From the NCBI GenBank assembly GCA_964646575.1, contig CAZYFT010000004.1, positions 1 to 59,275 on the forward strand: a stretch of 59,275 nucleotides of DNA, read 5' to 3'. Every line of letters begins with the position of its first letter. Within the stretch, counting starts at the first letter, position 1. Source of the stretch: an uncultured Candidatus Saccharibacteria bacterium. GTDB taxonomy: Bacteria > Patescibacteriota > Saccharimonadia > CAILAD01 > GCA-016700035. Under the pieces are notes generated by a model. It was not told where the DNA came from and made no database searches. It worked only from the letters and a program-made list of their open reading frames with translations. The translations under genes and the position numbers were made by a program. Of this stretch, positions 1 to 8,676 are shown one piece after another.

Positions 1-93
1 GTGGAGTTATTGTATAATAGTAGTATTCTGCTGCTGATTGTGGGTTTGAGTGATAGGCGGCAACAAACTCACCCGCATTACCGTTTGCCATAG
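1..93 (+). CDS. C-terminal fragment of a gene cut by the window edge (possible membrane protein; mreD-like position upstream of PBP2)
   Basis: Frame +1 is open from nt 1 to TAG 91-93. The visible peptide VELLYNSSILLLIVGLSDRRQQTHPHYRLP is hydrophobic then basic. It is too short for a family call. Confidence 0.25.
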   Translation: MELLYNSSILLLIVGLSDRRQQTHPHYRLP

Positions 94-161
94 TAAACGT
101 TACATAAGAGGGGTATATCATCGCGCGATCAATTTTTGGAAATCACAGCGCTGGACGAGAT

Positions 162-2096
162 ATGAAATTATCTCGTAAAGAACAGAAAGTTACCGATAGC
201 GAAGCTTGGTCGGTGGCAATTCTTCCTGGTAGCGGTGAAAACCGTTCGGGGTCCGAAATGGGCTTTAGTCACCTGAAATGGTTTGTCATCGTGGCTGGTA
301 TCGTAAGTGCGGTTCTTTTGGGGCAGCTATTCAATCTGCAGGTGGTACAAGGGGCGCGTAACCAGTCTCTGGCTGACGGTAACCGCATTCGGCAAAATGT
401 CATTCGAGCCCCTCGTGGTGCAATTTACGATAGTCGTGGTGAGCTTTTAGCACGTAATGTGGCGAATTTTGATTTGGTTGCGATAGCGGCGCGCATGCCG
501 AAGAAGACTGAAGAGCGACAGCAAGTCTACGATAGGCTGAGTAAAATTACTGGGCAATCTGTGGAAGAGATTAAGCAGAAAGTTGAAAAGGACGGCCCAG
601 CTTCTCCTCTACCAACGTTGATTCAGGAGAGTGTTCCGCGCGAAATTGCCTTGGTGGTTGAGGAGCAAAAGAATGAACTTCCAGGTGTTGATCTGGATAC
701 TAACCCAATTAGAGAATATCTGGATGGTGGTCAGCTTGCGCATTTCCTAGGTTACACGGGGCGCGTTTCGGCTGATGATTTGAAGGAAGAAAAGGAATAT
801 CGACCAACCGACTATATTGGTAAGGTTGGCATTGAGCGTGCTTACGAGAAGGATTTACGAGGTGAGGCCGGTGCCGAGCAATCTGAAGTTGATGCTACCG
901 GAAAGCCAATTAAGGTTCTCGCCGCAAAAGATCCTACTGCTGGTAACTCGCTGAAACTGACAGTGAATTTTGGGCTGCAAAAAGTTATGAGTGAGGCCTT
1001 GGCTCGCGAAGCCACTGCCGCTGGCTCCGGTCGAGGTGCGGCGGTTGCCTTGGATCCCCGCAACGGACAAATTTTGGCGGCTGTAAATTACCCAAGCTAT
1101 GATAACAACTTATTTGCCCAGGGTATTAAGCAGGACGTGTATCAAAGCCTCTTGAATGACCCCAATCGACCATTGTTCAATAAGGTTTCGGGCGGTACGT
1201 ATCCGGTTGGCTCGGTAATTAAGCCATTTGTTTCCGCGGCGGCTTTTCAGGAGAATATTATTAATGCCTCGACTGTCATCAAGGACGACGGTGAACTTTT
1301 GGTGCCGAATCAGTATGATCCTTCGATAGTGTATGAGTTTTCGAGCTGGAAGCCCGAAGGCTTGGGCATGGTTGATGTGTATCGTGCGCTGGCGATGAGT
1401 TCGGACGTGTTTTACTACATGGTTGGCGGTGGTTATCAAAACTTTAAAGGGCTTGGTGCAACTAAATTGCTGGATTATTACAAAAAGTTTGGGTTTGGTT
1501 CCAAAACCGGGTTAGATATTGGTGACGAAACGGCTGGATTCTTACCGACTCCAGAGACCAAAAAGAAAAATACCGGCGAAGATTGGTATGTAGGTGATAC
1601 CTACAATATCTCGATTGGTCAGGGGAATTTTATGGCCAGCCCCCTGCAGCTTGCAACAGCTCTTTCCTCTGTTGCGAATGGTGGCACGCTGTATAAGCCG
1701 TATTTGGTGAAGGAAGTGGTGGATGAAAATGGAAAAACCGTGCGTACGGTGGATTCACAGAAGGTTCGTTCTGATTTTATTAAGCCAGAGTATTTAAGTA
1801 TGGTGCAGAAAGGTATGCGCGATGTGATTACGTCTGGAACAGGCTGTTGTTCAACGAATCGTGAGGTGCCTGTAGCGGTAGCTGGTAAGACCGGAACGGC
1901 CGAGACAAGCTCAGAGGGCTTTGATGGTAAAAACCGGCGTACCAAGCCTCACGCTTGGTTTGAGGCCTATGCTCCGTATGAAAACCCTGAAATTGTTATT
2001 GTGGCGCTGGTCGAAAACTCTGGCGAAGGCGCTGAATTCGCGCTACCAGTAGTACGAGACTCCCTTAAGTGGTATTTCACCGAAGGAAAGAAATAG
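162..2096 (+). CDS. mrdA: Penicillin-binding protein 2 / class B peptidoglycan transpeptidase
   Basis: 644-aa ORF with an N-terminal anchor (FVIVAGIVSAVLLGQLF), a PBP dimerisation-type region (RAPRGAIYDSRGELLARN) and transpeptidase motifs SxxK (GSVIKPF) and KTG (AGKTGTAE). Confidence 0.9.
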   Translation: MKLSRKEQKVTDSEAWSVAILPGSGENRSGSEMGFSHLKWFVIVAGIVSAVLLGQLFNLQVVQGARNQSLADGNRIRQNVIRAPRGAIYDSRGELLARNVANFDLVAIAARMPKKTEERQQVYDRLSKITGQSVEEIKQKVEKDGPASPLPTLIQESVPREIALVVEEQKNELPGVDLDTNPIREYLDGGQLAHFLGYTGRVSADDLKEEKEYRPTDYIGKVGIERAYEKDLRGEAGAEQSEVDATGKPIKVLAAKDPTAGNSLKLTVNFGLQKVMSEALAREATAAGSGRGAAVALDPRNGQILAAVNYPSYDNNLFAQGIKQDVYQSLLNDPNRPLFNKVSGGTYPVGSVIKPFVSAAAFQENIINASTVIKDDGELLVPNQYDPSIVYEFSSWKPEGLGMVDVYRALAMSSDVFYYMVGGGYQNFKGLGATKLLDYYKKFGFGSKTGLDIGDETAGFLPTPETKKKNTGEDWYVGDTYNISIGQGNFMASPLQLATALSSVANGGTLYKPYLVKEVVDENGKTVRTVDSQKVRSDFIKPEYLSMVQKGMRDVITSGTGCCSTNREVPVAVAGKTGTAETSSEGFDGKNRRTKPHAWFEAYAPYENPEIVIVALVENSGEGAEFALPVVRDSLKWYFTEGKK

Positions 2097-2111
2097 TTTC
2101 TAAAAAATCGC

Positions 2112-2141
2112 TTGACGAGCTAAGATACGCCGTGCAATAAT
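2112..2141 (+). promoter_or_regulatory. Candidate sigma-70 promoter for greA
   Basis: TTGACG at 2112-2117, an 18-nt spacer, and TGcAATAAT (extended -10) ending at 2141. It lies ~110 nt upstream of the greA ATG. Confidence 0.4.
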
Positions 2142-2184
2142 ACGTTCCGACAAGGATTAAAACCTGGTGGAGCACGTCTGGCAA

Positions 2185-2208
2185 GGCTCAGGATTGAGGC
2201 CTTTTTTT
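2185..2208 (+). terminator. Hairpin plus T7 run between the PBP2 stop and the greA start (PBP2 terminator and/or greA leader attenuator)
   Basis: GGCTCA (2185-2190) pairs with TGAGgCC (2195-2201) with a 1-nt bulge and loop GGAT, followed by TTTTTTT at 2202-2208. Confidence 0.45.
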
Positions 2209-2250
2209 CTTAGAAATGTTTCCACTACTAGGAGGGTGCAAGGAGTTATT

Positions 2251-2712
2251 ATGAATAAGAAAGCAATCTATGTTACCAGTGAAGGAATCGAGAAATTGCG
2301 CGCAGAGCTCGATGATTTGGTTAATGTACAGCGTAAAAAAATTGCTGCAGCTTTAAAAGAAGCTAAAGAATTTGGTGACCTGTCCGAAAACGCGAGCTGG
2401 GATGATGCTAAAGAGCGACAGGCGTTTATTGAAGGACGTATCGCCGAGATAGAAAATATCCTCAAAAACGTAGTCGCTATTGAAAAAGGGAGTGCCGACA
2501 AAGTGGATGTTGGTTCTACTGTGCACGTTGAACTCGAAGGTGGTACACAGGAGTTTGAGATTGTAGGTTCGACAGAAGCCGATCCGGCAACTGGTAAGAT
2601 TTCCAATGAAAGCCCAATCGGTAAGGCACTGCTTGGCAAAAAACCCGGGGACGAGGTGGAAATTGAAGTTCCGGCCGGCGTGATAGTCTATAAGATCAAT
2701 AAGATTAGCTAG
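2251..2712 (+). CDS. greA: Transcription elongation factor GreA
   Basis: ATG 2251 is preceded by AGGAG (2241-2245). It has an N-terminal coiled coil with an acidic tip (DLSENASWDDAKERQAFIEGRIAEIE) and a C-terminal globular domain (PIGKALLGKKPGDEVE). The track ORF start at 2167 is an upstream in-frame extension. Confidence 0.93.
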   Translation: MNKKAIYVTSEGIEKLRAELDDLVNVQRKKIAAALKEAKEFGDLSENASWDDAKERQAFIEGRIAEIENILKNVVAIEKGSADKVDVGSTVHVELEGGTQEFEIVGSTEADPATGKISNESPIGKALLGKKPGDEVEIEVPAGVIVYKINKIS

Positions 2713-2730
2713 CATAAGCAGCCAAAGCTT

Positions 2731-2771
2731 CATAAGAAAAACCACCTCGTAGACAGGTGGTTTTTCTTATG
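2731..2771. terminator. Perfect 17-bp inverted repeat, bidirectional intrinsic terminator after greA
   Basis: CATAAGAAAAACCACCT (2731-2747), loop CGTAGAC, then AGGTGGTTTTTCTTATG (2755-2771). There is an A-run upstream and a T-run downstream. Confidence 0.8.
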
Positions 2772-2804
2772 AAGAGATAAAAACTGGTAAAATAGGAAAA
2801 GCAT

Positions 2805-4361
2805 ATGACTGAACATACATCAAAATACTGGCTCAACGCGCTACTAGACGAAATTGAAGCCCGCAAGCAGGGCGGAAGGATTTTGGTAGCTTCGGGTATT
2901 ACGCCATCGGGCCCATATCACGTTGGGCATGCTCGCGAGATTTTGACAGCCGAAGCTGTGCGCCGTGGGCTGGAGGTGCGAGGTCGAGAGGCGCTGCATA
3001 TTCATAATGTTGACGACTCTGATGCACTGCGTAAACGTTACCCATATTTACCGGAAAAATTTGAGGCCCAAGTCGGTAAGCCAGTATATTTGGTGTCAGC
3101 TCCAGATGAAAGTGGTCGTAGTTATGCTGATTATTATTTTTCAGAGTATGCGGCAGCTGCAAAAAAGCTGGAAATACCCATGGAGATTTGGCGGTCGCAT
3201 CAAGAATATCAACGGGGAGTTTTTGCCGACGCAATTATTACTGCCCTCACTCGGCGCGACGAAATTGCCCGTATTCTTGCAAAAGTCTCGCAGCGTGAGG
3301 TGCCAGCCGATTGGCAGCCCATCCAGATCCTGGACGCTACCACCAAAAGCCTACGAACGGCTGAGTATCTGGGATTTGATGCGAATACCTACATAGTTGA
3401 ATATCGTGCAGCCGATGGAGTTGTACATCAAGCGGATGTGCGTGCTGGTGAAATTAAGCTTGATTGGCGTGTAGATTGGCCGGCTCGTTGGGCAATCTTG
3501 GGCGTTGATGTCGAGGGCTTTGGCAAAGAGCACGCTACAAAAGGCGGAAGTTACGAAACTGGCGCTGCAATTGTGCGAGAGATTTTTGATGCTGAACCTC
3601 CAATCGCGGTGCCATTTAACCCCATTAATCTTAAGGGTGATAATCAAAAAATGAGTTCTTCACTGGGTAATTTGGTCACGATTGCGGATGCGCTGGAGGT
3701 AATCCCGCCAGATATCTTGCGCTACTTTGTGTTTAAGAGTCTGCCTCAGAAGGTTTTGGCTTTTGATCCGGGTATTGGCATGGGGCAGCTCATTGATGAG
3801 TACGCAGCTACAGAAGCGGCAGTGCGTAACGGTGAAACAACGCCATTTAAGGATGCCTGGGCAGTCTCGGTACTAGATCAAGAGCACGCTACGGTTTCGA
3901 CTGTGCCGTTTACTCATCTGGCCACGGTGTATCAAACTGCTCGCGGTGATAGTGAGCGAGTTTTGGAGTTACTCACCAAGACTGGACATGCTCAAGCTGT
4001 GCGTGAAGACGCCAGCGTAATTCTGCGTGAGCTTACCTATGTTGCGGCCTGGCTCGAGCGGTTTGCTCCTGAAGCCTTGAAATTTTCGATTTTAGATGAA
4101 GTCCCTCAACTCCAGCTTGATGCTCTTCAGCAGTCCTTTCTAGACTCACTGCACCAAAACTTGCGAGAAGCTGCCTGGGAGGGTGAGAGTTTACAGGCAG
4201 TTATCTTTTCTACGGCTCAAGCTGTTGAGTTGCAACCTAAAGATGCGTTTAAGCTTCTCTATGAATTGCTGATTGGTAAGACGGCAGGTCCAAAGCTGGG
4301 TCCATTTTTGGCAAGTTTGGAGCGTGACTTTGTCCTTGAACGCCTCAAGGCCTTTCTTTAG
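2805..4361 (+). CDS. lysK: Class I lysyl-tRNA synthetase
   Basis: 518 aa with a HIGH-type motif (PSGPYHVGHAREI) and a KMSKS-type motif (KMSSSLGN). The overall layout is that of class I LysRS, and no class II signature is present. Confidence 0.88.
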   Translation: MTEHTSKYWLNALLDEIEARKQGGRILVASGITPSGPYHVGHAREILTAEAVRRGLEVRGREALHIHNVDDSDALRKRYPYLPEKFEAQVGKPVYLVSAPDESGRSYADYYFSEYAAAAKKLEIPMEIWRSHQEYQRGVFADAIITALTRRDEIARILAKVSQREVPADWQPIQILDATTKSLRTAEYLGFDANTYIVEYRAADGVVHQADVRAGEIKLDWRVDWPARWAILGVDVEGFGKEHATKGGSYETGAAIVREIFDAEPPIAVPFNPINLKGDNQKMSSSLGNLVTIADALEVIPPDILRYFVFKSLPQKVLAFDPGIGMGQLIDEYAATEAAVRNGETTPFKDAWAVSVLDQEHATVSTVPFTHLATVYQTARGDSERVLELLTKTGHAQAVREDASVILRELTYVAAWLERFAPEALKFSILDEVPQLQLDALQQSFLDSLHQNLREAAWEGESLQAVIFSTAQAVELQPKDAFKLLYELLIGKTAGPKLGPFLASLERDFVLERLKAFL

Positions 4362-4364
4362 AGG

Positions 4365-4373
4365 TGGTATAAT
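4365..4373 (+). promoter_or_regulatory. Extended -10 box (TGgTATAAT) 6 nt upstream of the serS ATG; probable leaderless transcript
   Basis: TG at 4365-4366, TATAAT at 4368-4373, ATG at 4380. No Shine-Dalgarno fits in the 6-nt gap. Confidence 0.45.
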
Positions 4374-4379
4374 AAGGGT

Positions 4380-5606
4380 ATGTTAACGCCGGCATATATT
4401 CGAGAAAATACTGATGAAGTGCGCGCTTCGATTGCTCGTCGCAATATGTCGGTGGATCTTGATCGATGGCTGAAGCTCGACATGCGCCGTTCAGAGCTTA
4501 TCCCTTTGGTTGAGGTTGCGCGCTCCAAACTGAAACTTGCCGACAAGCCTACTGAGGAGCAGCTAGTGCAACTGCAAAAAGATAAGCAAGAGTTGGCGCG
4601 CCATGAAGAAGAGCTAAAGTACGTTGAGGCAGAGTGGCAGCGACTGTTGGAGGATATTCCTAATCTTATTGCAGAGGGTACTCCCGAAGGTGGAGAAGAT
4701 GCAAGTGAGGAGGTGCGAGTTGGTGGCACTAAGCCAGAATTCGGCTTTGAGCCGAAAGACCATTTGGCGTTGAATGAGACGCTCAATTTTATTGATTTTG
4801 AGGCTGGTGCCAAAGTGGCTGGTAGTCGTTTTTACTACCTGCGCGATCGAGGCGTACGACTGTGGGACGCCGTGCAGGCGTTAGCAAAAGCAGAATTACG
4901 TCGACGCGGCTTTGAGTTTTTGTATGTGCCAAACATGGTTAATTCTCGGGTTGCCGCAGGTACTGGGTTTTTGCCTCGAGGTGAAGAGAGGCAGATTTAT
5001 AAGGCCGAGGGCGAAGATCTGAACATGATAGCAACTGCCGAGCTACCTCTCACAGGGTTTGCGATGGATGAAGTTATTGATGTAGAAAAGCCGATCCTGC
5101 TCGCGGCATCTTCACCATGTTACCGACTTGAGGCTGGGGCCTATGGTAAATTCTCCAAAGGTTTGTATCGCGTGCATCAGTTTGAGAAGCTGGAAATGTA
5201 CATATATGCTCAGCCAGATCAAAGTGAGGATTTGCTCGAAGAAATACTGGCTATAGAGGAGTCGATTTGCGAACAGTTAGAAATTCCATATCACGTTATC
5301 CGTATTGCCGATGGTGACCTCTCAGCACCTGCATACAAGAAATACGATCTAGAGTATTGGAGCCCAGTTGACGGTAGTTATCGAGAGCTCACCAGCTGTA
5401 GTGATTGCACGGCTTATCAGGCACGTCGTCTGAATATCCGTTATCGAACAGCTGACGGAGCTTTAGCGCATCCGCATACGCTCAATGGTACGGCCGTAAC
5501 ATCGAGCCGCACGCTCATCGCCATACTAGAAAATCACCAAACTGAGGATGGCCGAGTGCGTTTGCCTGCGGCACTGGCGAAATATTATGGGGAGGAATAT
5601 CTATGA
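4380..5606 (+). CDS. serS: Seryl-tRNA synthetase
   Basis: 408 aa with an N-terminal coiled-coil tRNA-binding arm, a class II core (CYRLEAGAYG, RVHQFEKLEMY) and a C-terminal GTAVTSSRTLIAILEN. Confidence 0.95.
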   Translation: MLTPAYIRENTDEVRASIARRNMSVDLDRWLKLDMRRSELIPLVEVARSKLKLADKPTEEQLVQLQKDKQELARHEEELKYVEAEWQRLLEDIPNLIAEGTPEGGEDASEEVRVGGTKPEFGFEPKDHLALNETLNFIDFEAGAKVAGSRFYYLRDRGVRLWDAVQALAKAELRRRGFEFLYVPNMVNSRVAAGTGFLPRGEERQIYKAEGEDLNMIATAELPLTGFAMDEVIDVEKPILLAASSPCYRLEAGAYGKFSKGLYRVHQFEKLEMYIYAQPDQSEDLLEEILAIEESICEQLEIPYHVIRIADGDLSAPAYKKYDLEYWSPVDGSYRELTSCSDCTAYQARRLNIRYRTADGALAHPHTLNGTAVTSSRTLIAILENHQTEDGRVRLPAALAKYYGEEYL

Positions 5607-5956
5607 TGAAATACACTGTTTCAGCACGCAAATTAGAAGTTGATCGTGAGCTGACAAACTATATTGAGCGCAAAATCGCCAAACTGGATCGGTATTTTCC
5701 ACGCTCTCACCGTCCAGTTGGTGTTCGAGTAGAATTACATCGTGATGAAGCAGCAGCGCCCGACAAACGTTATGTTGCCTCGGCGCATATTGAGGTGCAG
5801 GGACCAGATTTGCATGCCGAAACCGCCACCATGAATCCGCACAGTGCAGTGGATATATTGGAAGCCAAGCTAAAGGAACAAATTCGCAAGTATAAAGAAA
5901 AGCACGCTCCTAAGCGGTTCACTCTCAAGCGTAATACTTCGGTAGAAACGGCCTAA
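5603..5956 (+). CDS. hpf: Ribosome hibernation promoting factor (short HPF/RaiA, S30AE family)
   Basis: 117 aa. MKYTVSARKLEVDRELTNYIERKIAKLDRYF is a typical S30AE N-terminus. It overlaps the serS stop (ATGATGA). Confidence 0.85.
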   Translation: MMKYTVSARKLEVDRELTNYIERKIAKLDRYFPRSHRPVGVRVELHRDEAAAPDKRYVASAHIEVQGPDLHAETATMNPHSAVDILEAKLKEQIRKYKEKHAPKRFTLKRNTSVETA

Positions 5957-6015
5957 TCTTCATATGTTTTTAAGGGGGCTCACAGGTTGCAGGTGGTACA
6001 ATAGGAAGGTTAGTT

Positions 6016-8628
6016 ATGGCTATTAATTTAAAAACATTCTTTGGTGATCCGAACGCGCGTGAAATTAAGAAGGCGCGTTCTCGTGTGGAGCGTATCAACT
6101 CATTGGAAGCTGAAATCCAGAAGCTGTCCGATAAAGAGCTTCGCGCTCAAACCGATACGTTTCGCAAGCAGCTCAAAGACGGCAAGAAGCTCGATGATAT
6201 TTTAGAGCGAGCCTATGCTGTGGCGCGCGAGGCCAGCAAGCGCGTTATTGGGCAGCGACACTTCGATGTTCAGCTCATCGGCGGCATCGTATTACACGAA
6301 GGTAAGATTGCCGAAATGAAAACCGGTGAAGGTAAGACATTGGTTGCCACCCTGCCACTCTACCTGAATGCCCTCGAGGGCGAAGGCGCACACCTCGTTA
6401 CGGTAAATGATTATTTGGCTCGCATCGGTGCTGGCTGGATGGGCCAAATCTACCATTTTCTTGGTCTTACTACGGCGGTCATTATGCACGATTCAAGTTT
6501 TGTGTACGACCCAGAATACACCGATGAAGCGCACTCGGATGAGCGTCTCCGTCATTTGCGTCCTGTGACTCGTAAGGAGGCTTATGCGGCGGATATTACC
6601 TACGCTACTAATAACGAGCTAGGCTTTGATTATTTACGTGACAATATGGTGCAACACCTCGATCAGATGACGCAGCGCGGATTGCATTTTGCGATTGTGG
6701 ACGAAGTTGACTCAATTTTAATCGACGAAGCTCGCACGCCTCTGATCATTTCTCAGGCTAATGCGAAATCCACCGACCGCTACTACATGTTTGCTAAGAT
6801 CGCGAAGACTCTCGTTCGTGACGAACACTATTCTCTCGACGAAAAGCAGCGAGCAGTAAGTCTTACAGATGAGGGAATTGCCAAAATCGAAAAAGCTCTA
6901 GGTGTTGATAATGTGTATGAAGCTGGTCGTATTGAAGACGTTCATCACATTGAATCCGCCCTAAAAGCCGAAGCTATCTTTCAGAAAGACAAAGATTATG
7001 TTGTTACGCCAGATGGTGAAATTGTTATTGTTGATGAGTTCACCGGTCGTTTACTCCCCGGACGTCGTTATAGCGAAGGGCTGCATCAGGCCATTGAAGC
7101 TAAAGAGGGTGTAACTATCCAGCAGGAGAGCCAAACGCTGGCAACAATTTCATTCCAGAATCTTTTCCGTCTGTATGGCAAACTAGCCGGTATGACGGGT
7201 ACGGCGGCAACTGAAGCCGAAGAATTTGGCAAAATCTATAAGCTCGAAGTAACAACGATCCCTACTCATAGACCGATGGTACGCCAGGATTTGCCGGATA
7301 GAATCTACAAAACGCTGCCGGCTAAGTTTGGTGCTGTAGCTGACGAGGTGAAAGAGCGCCACGAGAAGGGTCAGCCAGTTCTTTTGGGTACTGTCTCGAT
7401 CGAAAAGAACGAACTGCTCAGCCGTATGCTCACCAAAGTTGGCGTTCCACACCGAGTATTGAATGCCAAAAATAACGAAGCCGAAGCAGAGATTGTGTCT
7501 GCCGCTGGTCAGCGCGGCGCAGTAACACTTGCCACCAATATTGCGGGTCGTGGTACGGATATTGTGCTGGGTGAAGGTGTTAATGAGCTGGGTGGTTTAC
7601 ATGTAATTGGTACCGAGCGACATGAATCACGACGCATTGATAACCAGTTGCGCGGTCGTGCTGGTCGTCAGGGCGATGCTGGTTCAAGCCAGTTTTATGT
7701 GTCACTTGAGGACGATTTGATGCGTATTTTTGGGAGCGACAAGCTTTCTTCGATGATGGATGCGCTGGGGCTTCCTGAGGATACGCCAATTGAGAATCGC
7801 ATGGTCTCCCGCTCGCTAGAATCGGCTCAGAAAAAGGTGGAAGGTCACAACTTTGATACCCGTAAGCACTTGGTTGATTACGATGATGTGATGAACCAGC
7901 ATCGCGAGATAATCTATGCGCGCCGGCGCCGGGTTTTAAAGCAAGATTCTCTCAAGGAAGACTTACTGCCGATTTTTGAGTCCGAGTTTCATGCGCTTAT
8001 TGAGGCGCATACTGATACGCAGACAGAAATTTTAGATATTGAGAAGTTAGCCGAGGCCGTTCGAGATATTATTCCTTTACCAAAAGACTGGGAAAAGTCT
8101 GTCGAGCGTCGAGATAAAGAGGCTTTGGTCGAAGAATTTATGAAAATTACCAAAGATATGTATCGCTCTCGTGAAATGGAGTTTGGCGATGAAGGTGTTA
8201 TGGTGATTGAGCGTCTCGTCAGTCTCAAAACGATTGATACGGCCTGGCTTGAGCATTTAGAGGCGATGGATCATTTGCGCGATGGTATTGGTTTGCGTGG
8301 TTACGGACAGCGCGATCCGCTCGTAGAATATAAAGCTGAAGCATATCGTATGTTCGGCATGTTAACTCATCGGATCGATTCTGAGATTGTTCACACGCTC
8401 TTCAAGGTGCGCGTGGATATTGCGAATAAGCCTGAAGACGAAGCGATTGAAACAGAAATCACCCAGGCGGCAAAAAAAGCGGTTACCTCGGGGCCGACTG
8501 AGTCCGTTCAGCCCACAAAGCAAAAAGCCTTGAAGGAATCTGAACGTTCTGGTAGAGAATCCGGCCCCATCCGCCGAACTGCTTCAACTCCAAAGAAAAA
8601 GTCAAAAAAGAAGAAGAAGCGTCGCTAA
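6016..8628 (+). CDS. secA: Preprotein translocase ATPase SecA
   Basis: 870 aa with Walker A MKTGEGKTLVATLP, DEVD box VDEVDSILIDEARTPLIIS, TNIAGRGTDI, and a Lys-rich C-terminal tail. An AGGAAGG ribosome-binding site sits upstream. Confidence 0.97.
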   Translation: MAINLKTFFGDPNAREIKKARSRVERINSLEAEIQKLSDKELRAQTDTFRKQLKDGKKLDDILERAYAVAREASKRVIGQRHFDVQLIGGIVLHEGKIAEMKTGEGKTLVATLPLYLNALEGEGAHLVTVNDYLARIGAGWMGQIYHFLGLTTAVIMHDSSFVYDPEYTDEAHSDERLRHLRPVTRKEAYAADITYATNNELGFDYLRDNMVQHLDQMTQRGLHFAIVDEVDSILIDEARTPLIISQANAKSTDRYYMFAKIAKTLVRDEHYSLDEKQRAVSLTDEGIAKIEKALGVDNVYEAGRIEDVHHIESALKAEAIFQKDKDYVVTPDGEIVIVDEFTGRLLPGRRYSEGLHQAIEAKEGVTIQQESQTLATISFQNLFRLYGKLAGMTGTAATEAEEFGKIYKLEVTTIPTHRPMVRQDLPDRIYKTLPAKFGAVADEVKERHEKGQPVLLGTVSIEKNELLSRMLTKVGVPHRVLNAKNNEAEAEIVSAAGQRGAVTLATNIAGRGTDIVLGEGVNELGGLHVIGTERHESRRIDNQLRGRAGRQGDAGSSQFYVSLEDDLMRIFGSDKLSSMMDALGLPEDTPIENRMVSRSLESAQKKVEGHNFDTRKHLVDYDDVMNQHREIIYARRRRVLKQDSLKEDLLPIFESEFHALIEAHTDTQTEILDIEKLAEAVRDIIPLPKDWEKSVERRDKEALVEEFMKITKDMYRSREMEFGDEGVMVIERLVSLKTIDTAWLEHLEAMDHLRDGIGLRGYGQRDPLVEYKAEAYRMFGMLTHRIDSEIVHTLFKVRVDIANKPEDEAIETEITQAAKKAVTSGPTESVQPTKQKALKESERSGRESGPIRRTASTPKKKSKKKKKRR

Positions 8629-8632
8629 TCTC

Positions 8633-8661
8633 AAAAAAGTCCCCCACCCAAGGGCTTTTTT
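8633..8661 (+). terminator. Intrinsic terminator after secA
   Basis: AAAAAAGTCC pairs with GGGCTTTTTT (one G-U pair) around a 9-nt loop, directly after the secA stop. Confidence 0.55.
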
Positions 8662-8669
8662 GTTATCAT
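8661..8669 (+). promoter_or_regulatory. Extended -10 box (TGtTATCAT) 7 nt upstream of ATG 8677; probable leaderless start
   Basis: TG at 8661-8662, TATCAT at 8664-8669, ATG at 8677, no SD. Confidence 0.35.
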
Positions 8670-8676
8670 AAGAGCA

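Noticed and set aside
2167-2250. An upstream extension of greA (MEHVWQGSGLRPFFL...).
   Set aside because: It spans the hairpin plus T7 run and has no SD. AGGAG precedes ATG 2251, which gives the canonical GreA N-terminus.
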